From Coprobacillaceae bacterium (GTDB lineage Bacteria; Bacillota_I; Bacilli_A; Erysipelotrichales; Coprobacillaceae), in assembly GCA_963675915.1 (NCBI GenBank), contig OY780959.1, positions 780,001-812,000 on the forward strand: a stretch of 32,000 nt of DNA, given 5' to 3'. Below, in pieces: positions 26,514 to 32,000 of the stretch. The notes below the pieces were generated by a model. The model was given only the letters and a program-made list of their open reading frames with translations. It searched no databases and had not been told where the DNA came from. Within the stretch, counting starts at the first letter, position 1, and every line of letters starts with the position of its first letter. The position numbers and the translations under genes are program-made.

Positions 26514-28598
26514 CTAAATTCCATATAATTCGACGTATTTGTCCAAAACACCACGGACAACGTCTCCAGCCGAGTGACTTGATGAGTTACCGGACACATT
26601 GACATCCTGACGATACGCGATGCAGGCAAATGCCACTAACGGTTCGTCATTTTCATCGACAATGTAACCTACCAACAAGTGGTTAGGATGATCCTCGCCG
26701 GTCGAATAATCGTAAACTTCGGCAGTTCCGGTTTTGGCGTAAACTTTGTACGGGGTCCCTGCAAAATACCAGTGAGCCGTACCATCAGTCCGGTCCACAC
26801 AGGCTTCCATCCCCTGCTTGATCTGTTCAAAAGCAGTTGTCTGGTTGGAAACGTCATCAAGAATCTCAGTTTGATGTTCATAGATGAAGATTCTTTCTCC
26901 AGTATCGTCATAGACATAGGCGTCCTGTAAAAAGTGCGGTTGAACCCGATAGCCGCCATTGGCCAATGTCGAGACATACTGGGCTACCTGGATCATCGTA
27001 TACGAGTCATATTGCCCGATGAATTCATCGAGCAGGAATCCTGGGGATGTTGAACTTCCCACATATCCCAGCTGTTCGTTGGGAATGTCAATCCGGGTTT
27101 TCACACCGAGTCCCAGTTCTCCTTGGGACAGCCGAGCCATCTGGAAAGCCACTGGATTGATGTAAAGTGCGTCACCATAAACATAGTTGGCACCGCCAAG
27201 CATCATGGCCACCCGGAACATATAAACGTTCGATGACATCGCCATGGCGTCGACTTCATTGATCAGTCCCATGTTTTTCCACGAACTTTTTTCCGGAGTA
27301 CCCTTGATTTTAATCGGGGTGTCCATCAGATACGTATTTGGCAGAATCAGGCCGTATTTGAACCCGATATAAAGCGAAGAACCCTTGATGGTCGAACCGA
27401 TCAGATTGGTATCCAGGTAGTTTCCTGAAGCATAATCATAGACATCTCCGGTTTCCTGATTGATGGTTTTCCCACTCATGGCCAGAATCGATCCATCATT
27501 GGGGTCCATCAAAGTCAAAAACATCTTTGAGAAGTATTCATTGCTGGTGCGGTTTTCAACCAACTCCTGAGTGATCAGATTGTCGGCATATTGCTGGAGC
27601 TGCCAATCGACGGTCAAGCGAATATTGGCTCCGGATGAGCCGTTGGACAGATAGTCGATTGCTGAGTTTCCGTTAAGATCGTATGAAAGGGTATATTGGG
27701 AATCGGTTCCCCTTAAAATGTCTTCATATTGTTCTTCAAGTCCAGAAACCCCTACTCGTGAATCCCCTGAATAGCCAAGAGCAATCAGTTCATCCCTGAT
27801 TTCATAAGGGAGCCCCTGCTTTTTGGTGGTTACTTTTCCCAGTACCTGACGGAATTCGCTGCCATACTCATAAGCTCTAGTCCAGTCTTTGGTAACCTGA
27901 ATCCCTTCAAGCATGTCCAGTGATGAAGCGATGACACTGGCTTCTTCAACCGAAATGTCCGAAATGATCACCGATGAAGATCCGGTATAATCAATCAGAT
28001 ACTTCAGCCGGGCTCTTTCAAGCTCGTCGCTGGTCATGTTTTCATCAAGATAATCTTCAGTTATTCTTTCAAGCAAAGTCTTATAATAGTTGTCATCGAA
28101 GTTCTCGCTGTCACGAAGCCGGAGTTCCTCTTTCTCTTCTGGAGAAATCAGATTGTCCAGTTCATCGGCAAAATAGTAGATGTAATAATCCTTTTTCTCG
28201 CGCAAAGTTATTTCCGAGTCGTCGAAACTGACATTTGCAGTCAGAAAATTGATGATTGTTTCTATTTGAGCCGGGACCTGGTCACCGTCATAATAAGTCA
28301 CATTTATAATATAAGTGTTGGAAACCAACGTGTTATAATTGGCATCCACGATATTGCCGCGAGGTGCATCATTGGTGTAAACCCTTCGGCCATATGTGTC
28401 CAGGACGGTCAGATAATGTTCGTTCTCCACCAGTTGGACATAGCCCAGCCGGACCATCAGGATGGCTATTAGCACCGTTGCAATGGTAATAATCACCTTA
28501 AGCCGGAAGATTACCAGATTGTTGATCTTGGTTCGCTCTTCATAATTGGCTTCGGAGAGCCCTTCGAATGCATGTTCCTTTTTTTTCTTTAATTTCAT
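26514..28598 (-). CDS. Class B penicillin-binding protein (PBP2-type transpeptidase)
   Basis: It has an N-terminal TM anchor, a PBP dimerisation domain and a transpeptidase domain with STIK (SxxK), SSN (SxN) and KTGTAE (KTG). The start is set to the ATG at 28598 (MKLKKKKEH). The ORF-track start at 28631 is a TTG without an SD. The PBP-rpmG adjacency resembles Bacillus pbpA-rpmGA. Confidence 0.9.
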   Translation of the reverse strand: MKLKKKKEHAFEGLSEANYEERTKINNLVIFRLKVIITIATVLIAILMVRLGYVQLVENEHYLTVLDTYGRRVYTNDAPRGNIVDANYNTLVSNTYIINVTYYDGDQVPAQIETIINFLTANVSFDDSEITLREKKDYYIYYFADELDNLISPEEKEELRLRDSENFDDNYYKTLLERITEDYLDENMTSDELERARLKYLIDYTGSSSVIISDISVEEASVIASSLDMLEGIQVTKDWTRAYEYGSEFRQVLGKVTTKKQGLPYEIRDELIALGYSGDSRVGVSGLEEQYEDILRGTDSQYTLSYDLNGNSAIDYLSNGSSGANIRLTVDWQLQQYADNLITQELVENRTSNEYFSKMFLTLMDPNDGSILAMSGKTINQETGDVYDYASGNYLDTNLIGSTIKGSSLYIGFKYGLILPNTYLMDTPIKIKGTPEKSSWKNMGLINEVDAMAMSSNVYMFRVAMMLGGANYVYGDALYINPVAFQMARLSQGELGLGVKTRIDIPNEQLGYVGSSTSPGFLLDEFIGQYDSYTMIQVAQYVSTLANGGYRVQPHFLQDAYVYDDTGERIFIYEHQTEILDDVSNQTTAFEQIKQGMEACVDRTDGTAHWYFAGTPYKVYAKTGTAEVYDYSTGEDHPNHLLVGYIVDENDEPLVAFACIAYRQDVNVSGNSSSHSAGDVVRGVLDKYVELYGI

Positions 28599-28689
28599 TT
28601 TATCACCGTTTTTAATTATAACCCAATTCAATATTCAAGTAAACGAAATAACGATCTTGAAAATGTAAAAATATGGGACAGGTTTTCGC

Positions 28690-29292
28690 TCACTTGTTTA
28701 ATTTGGACTTTCCAGGTTTTTTTTTAGCATTGTCAGTTATTAAATTCTCCAGTATTTTATCGATCCGTTTTTTTCTGGTGGCCGGAGTCTTGGCCTGATT
28801 TAGCCAGTGGATCAGCTGAAGTTGCTTGGAGTTGGACAGTTTGATGAATTTTTCATATTGGACGCGGTTTGCTTTTAGTTTTTTGGCCAGATCATCTGGC
28901 ACTTCGATATCATCCAAAGCGCTGTAGGCCTGTTCCCACATTCCGTTTTCGTGGGCCAGCTCCACTTCTGACATCCCGGCAGGCTTCATTTGACCTTGAT
29001 CGATCAGCATTTGAGCCCGTTGGCGGTTTTTTAGTGACCAGATGCTGTTTTTGCGACGGGGAGTCAGGCGGATGATGAACCGATCATCATCAATACTGAA
29101 CATCTGACCGTCAATCCAGCCAAAGCGAATTGCTTCAATTACCGCTTCATCAAGTCTGATTCCTTGAATCCGGGACTTGGCTTTCTTGATTTCCAGCCAG
29201 ACCATATCCTTTTTTTGATGATTTTTATCCAGCCAATCGGTCCATTGGTCCAGATTCTTGCATTTAAGCCACTTATCGGGTTTGGTTACCAT
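28690..29292 (-). CDS. YdeI/OmpD-associated family protein (function unknown)
   Basis: About 200 aa. WLEIKKAKS...LDEAVIEAIRFGWIDGQ...RLTPRRKNSIWSLKNRQRAQMLIDQGQMKPAG matches my recollection of the YdeI/OmdA family. The start is set to the ATG at 29292, after AGGAGAG. Confidence 0.65.
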   Translation of the reverse strand: MVTKPDKWLKCKNLDQWTDWLDKNHQKKDMVWLEIKKAKSRIQGIRLDEAVIEAIRFGWIDGQMFSIDDDRFIIRLTPRRKNSIWSLKNRQRAQMLIDQGQMKPAGMSEVELAHENGMWEQAYSALDDIEVPDDLAKKLKANRVQYEKFIKLSNSKQLQLIHWLNQAKTPATRKKRIDKILENLITDNAKKKPGKSKLNK

Positions 29293-29354
29293 GAATATCA
29301 CTCTCCTGTTTTAATGCGACTATGGCTAAATAAATTATATCACAACAGCTACAA

Positions 29355-29383
29355 AAACAAAAAAACTCTGCAAAATGCAGAGT
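29355..29383 (-). terminator. Rho-independent terminator of lepA
   Basis: The minus strand reads ACTCTGCA-TTT-TGCAGAGT followed by TTTTTTTG, immediately after the lepA TAG. Confidence 0.85.
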
Positions 29384-31198
29384 CTATTCGTCAACAGATA
29401 ATATAGCCATGAATGCTTCTTGTGGAATTTCCACCGAACCAACGGATTTCATCCGTTTTTTACCTTCTTTTTGTTTTTCAAGAAGTTTTTTCTTACGGGA
29501 AATATCCCCACCATAACATTTAGCCAGAACGTTTTTACGCATTGCCTTGATTGTGGTCCGGGCAATGATTTTTCCTTGAAGAGCCGCTTGAACCGGGACC
29601 TCGAACATTTGTCTTGGAATCAGCTCTTTTAGCTTCTCACAGATAATTTTTCCTTTGTTGTAAGCGAAATCCTTATGGACGATTGTCGACAAGGCATCAA
29701 CCACTTCCCCATTCAAAAGAATATCCATTTTTTGAAGTTTGCTTGTGCGATATCCGATCATCTCATAGTCGAAAGAAGCGTAACCTTTGGTTGATGATTT
29801 CAGTTTGTCAAAGAAATCGTAAACAATTTCCGATAACGGCAGATTGTAGACTACGTTTCGGCGGGTATCGTCAATATACTTGATATCAACATATTCCCCT
29901 CTTTTTGCCTGACAAAGTTCCATAATCGAACCGACGTATTCATCCGGTGCCATGATTGAAGCTTTGACATAAGGTTCTTCAATATGCTTGATTTCCTGAG
30001 GCGGTGGCAACAGCGAAGGGTTGTCAATGACAACCATTGAGTCATCAGTCATGAAAACATGATAACTAACCGATGGTGCGGTCGCAATCAGTTCCAGGTC
30101 GAACTCGCGTTCAAGACGTTCCTGAATTACATCCATATGCAACAATCCCAGGAATCCGCAACGGAACCCAAATCCCAATGCTTGTGATGTTTCCGGTTCG
30201 AAAATAAGAGCTGAATCGGATAGTTTCATTTTCTCCAATGCTTCACGTAAATCTTTGTAACGGGCATTGTCAATCGGATACAATCCACAAAATACCATCG
30301 GATTCAACTGACGGTATCCCGGCAACTGTTCCTTGCTTTGATTTTCCAAAGTCGTGATTGTATCCCCGACATGGACATGTTCGATATTTTTAATCGAAGC
30401 ACTGATCCAGCCAACTTCACCGGTAACCAGTTCTTCCTTTTTAACTTCTTTTGGAGTTCGAACCCCAACTTCGATAACCTCATATTCAGCTCCGGTTGCC
30501 ATGAATTTAATGGTATCCCCGACTCTGATTTTACCTTCCTTGATTCGCACGAACACCAATACCCCGCGGTAGGCATCGTAAAGCGAATCGAAGATCAGGG
30601 CTTGAGTCGGATTGTCAACCGACCCGCTAGGAGCCGGTACTTCACTGACAATCATTTCCAGAACATCTTCGACATTCAACCCGCTTTTGGCTGAAATCAA
30701 TGGTGCGTGTTCAGCCGGCAAGCCGATCACATCTTCAATTTCCTGAATCACCCGATCCGGATCGGCACTTGGCAGATCCACTTTATTGATAACCGGAAGG
30801 ATTTCCAAATCATTATCCAAGGCCAGGTAGACATTGGCCAAAGTCTGGGCTTCAACTCCCTGTGCGGCATCGACAACCAGGATGGCCCCTTCGCAGGCAG
30901 CCAGCGATCTCGAAACTTCATAAGTGAAGTCGACATGGCCCGGTGTATCTATCAGATGGAAAAGATAAGTATTTCCATCTTTGGCAGTATAGTGCAACTG
31001 TACTGCATTCAATTTTATTGTAATTCCACGTTCTCTTTCCAAATCCATACTATCTAAAAGTTGAGCTTTCATTTCTCTGTCACTAACTGTCTTAGTTAAC
31101 TGCAGAATTCGGTCAGCCAGTGTACTTTTACCATGGTCGATATGAGCAATAATTGAGAAATTACGAATTTTACTTTGATCTAAAGTCAATATGTTCAC
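29384..31198 (-). CDS. lepA: Translation elongation factor 4 (LepA)
   Basis: 604 aa with G1 [10 protein letters not shown]3 DTPGH, G4 NKVD and the LepA-specific C-terminal domain. It starts at a GTG. Confidence 0.97.
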   Translation of the reverse strand: MNILTLDQSKIRNFSIIAHIDHGKSTLADRILQLTKTVSDREMKAQLLDSMDLERERGITIKLNAVQLHYTAKDGNTYLFHLIDTPGHVDFTYEVSRSLAACEGAILVVDAAQGVEAQTLANVYLALDNDLEILPVINKVDLPSADPDRVIQEIEDVIGLPAEHAPLISAKSGLNVEDVLEMIVSEVPAPSGSVDNPTQALIFDSLYDAYRGVLVFVRIKEGKIRVGDTIKFMATGAEYEVIEVGVRTPKEVKKEELVTGEVGWISASIKNIEHVHVGDTITTLENQSKEQLPGYRQLNPMVFCGLYPIDNARYKDLREALEKMKLSDSALIFEPETSQALGFGFRCGFLGLLHMDVIQERLEREFDLELIATAPSVSYHVFMTDDSMVVIDNPSLLPPPQEIKHIEEPYVKASIMAPDEYVGSIMELCQAKRGEYVDIKYIDDTRRNVVYNLPLSEIVYDFFDKLKSSTKGYASFDYEMIGYRTSKLQKMDILLNGEVVDALSTIVHKDFAYNKGKIICEKLKELIPRQMFEVPVQAALQGKIIARTTIKAMRKNVLAKCYGGDISRKKKLLEKQKEGKKRMKSVGSVEIPQEAFMAILSVDE

Positions 31199-31214
31199 CC
31201 ACTTTCACATAGTG

Positions 31215-31243
31215 ATTATAACAAAAAACCAAAGTTAAAACAA
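31215..31243 (-). promoter_or_regulatory. Sigma-A-type promoter of lepA
   Basis: The minus strand reads TTGTTT-17 nt-TATAAT with TGT immediately upstream of the -10 (extended -10). Confidence 0.55.
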
Positions 31244-31272
31244 TGAGATAATGCACAACGTTTTGCGATAAT

Positions 31273-31590
31273 TCAGCCGTCCTGACCGGTGAAAGAATAT
31301 TTATCCATGAAAGAAATTTTTTCACATATGATATTGAATTTTTCCGCCTGGTTGTAGTTGATTCTTCCCTTGATTCCAATCATACTTCCAATCGTGCAGA
31401 CATCAATCATCATTTTGGCAATGGCTTCCCACAGGATCACCGGAATAAAATCATATTCGTGTTTTCCCCCACTTATCAGCATATTACGCTGAACCTTGAG
31501 GACGATTTCAGTTTCTTTCGAACCGTTGCAATTTTGGTACATCTCGGAAATTTTGGCAATCTGACCCACAATGACTACTTCGTTCATCAT
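31273..31590 (-). CDS. Short single-stranded DNA-binding (OB-fold) protein without an acidic C-terminal tail (SsbB-like)
   Basis: 105 aa. NEVVIVGQIAK...YDFIPVILWEAIAKMM...GSMIGIKGRI...ISFMD aligns by eye with the SSB pattern (N.V.LVGRL.KD...DF..C..W...AE....KGS...V.GR...V.F). It ends ...YSFTGQDG with no DDxPF tip. An SD (AAGGGGGTG) precedes the ATG. Confidence 0.6.
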   Translation of the reverse strand: MMNEVVIVGQIAKISEMYQNCNGSKETEIVLKVQRNMLISGGKHEYDFIPVILWEAIAKMMIDVCTIGSMIGIKGRINYNQAEKFNIICEKISFMDKYSFTGQDG

Positions 31591-31611
31591 ATCGACACCC
31601 CCTTTTGCTTG

Positions 31612-31640
31612 ATTTTATCGTAACATTAGTCTGAAGGCAA
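31612..31640 (-). promoter_or_regulatory. Sigma-A-type promoter of the SsbB-like gene
   Basis: The minus strand reads TTGCCT-17 nt-TAAAAT. It is preceded by the direct repeat TTAGGAAT/TTAGGAAAT. Confidence 0.5.
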
Positions 31641-31770
31641 ATTTCCTAAATTCCTAATTTCTCAGTAACGAGAATCCAGGCCGCTATTTTATTCATTAGC
31701 GGACACCAGTCGCCAGTGAACATCAAACATTGCCTGAAATCAGGAAAATTGATTGAATCCTGCGATTTTT

Positions 31771-31802
31771 TCAAAATAAAAAAAGAGTAAGTGCTTACTC
31801 TT
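31771..31802 (-). terminator. Rho-independent terminator of acpS
   Basis: The minus strand reads AAGAGTAAG-CA-CTTACTCTT followed by TTTTTTATTTT. The acpS TAA is inside the stem. Confidence 0.8.
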
Positions 31803-32000
31803 CAATTATTACATATGCAATTGCAATATCATTTTCATGTGAAATCGATACATGAGAATTAGGAAAATTCAAATACGGTTTGCCCGATTCATCATTGAGG
31901 ACTGACAGCGACTTGAATGTATGCTCGAGTTTCTGGTCACTGGTAGCTTTGTAAAAAGCCTCCTTGACGCAAAAGCGCGATCCGAGATACTGCCGTTTCG
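31795..32000 (-). CDS. acpS: Holo-[acyl-carrier-protein] synthase, C-terminal 67 codons; the 5' end is off the window
   Basis: Not in the ORF track. Manual translation gives ...KRQYLGSRFCVKEAFYKATSDQKLEHTFKSLSVLNDESGKPYLNFPNSHVSISHENDIAIAYVIIEE*. It carries the AcpS motifs (RF..KEAF.KA, GKP, SISH). Confidence 0.8.
   Translation of the reverse strand, partial: KRQYLGSRFCVKEAFYKATSDQKLEHTFKSLSVLNDESGKPYLNFPNSHVSISHENDIAIAYVIIEE

Noticed and set aside
31170-31379. 69-aa minus-strand ORF bridging the ssb-like gene and lepA.
   Set aside because: It is out of frame with both well-supported neighbours and covers the lepA promoter. It has no SD.

Overview
This is a chromosomal segment of low-GC Bacillota (Firmicutes) type. 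It uses the standard genetic code, since TGA ends recN, dxs, comGA, tldD and deoR. All 32 CDS I can support lie on the minus strand, tightly packed and often overlapping by 1-20 nt. In minus-strand transcription order (right to left) the window holds: acpS (3' end only), an SsbB-like short SSB, lepA, a YdeI-family protein, a class B PBP, rpmG (L33, missing from the ORF track), an MBL-fold hydrolase and monocistronic katG. These are followed by a fused MacB-type ABC transporter and a deoR / glycyl-radical enzyme / activase / Fsa-type aldolase operon. After that come tldD-pmbA and a complete comGA-GG competence pseudopilus operon. The window ends with the conserved Firmicute block efp / asp23 / nusB-xseA-xseB-ispA-dxs-tlyA-recN-dinB, with the dinB 3' end off the window. 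I found no rRNA, tRNA, CRISPR array, transposase, integrase or phage gene. Most of the window is housekeeping and syntenic with Bacillus. The best candidate for an uncharacterised system is the compact glycyl-radical eliminase / Fsa aldolase operon (15693-20403), which has no transporter or kinase to indicate its substrate. Secondary observations: EF-P carries Arg instead of Lys at the loop tip; a promoter-plus-terminator unit between efp and asp23 looks like a ~70 nt sRNA; a 17-bp motif is shared upstream of comGA and the SsbB-like gene; and katG has an unusually long AT-rich upstream region containing an 11-bp tandem repeat. Coordinates, motifs and start-codon refinements come from manual reading of the sequence. 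Family assignments rest on recognised motifs, not on database searches.
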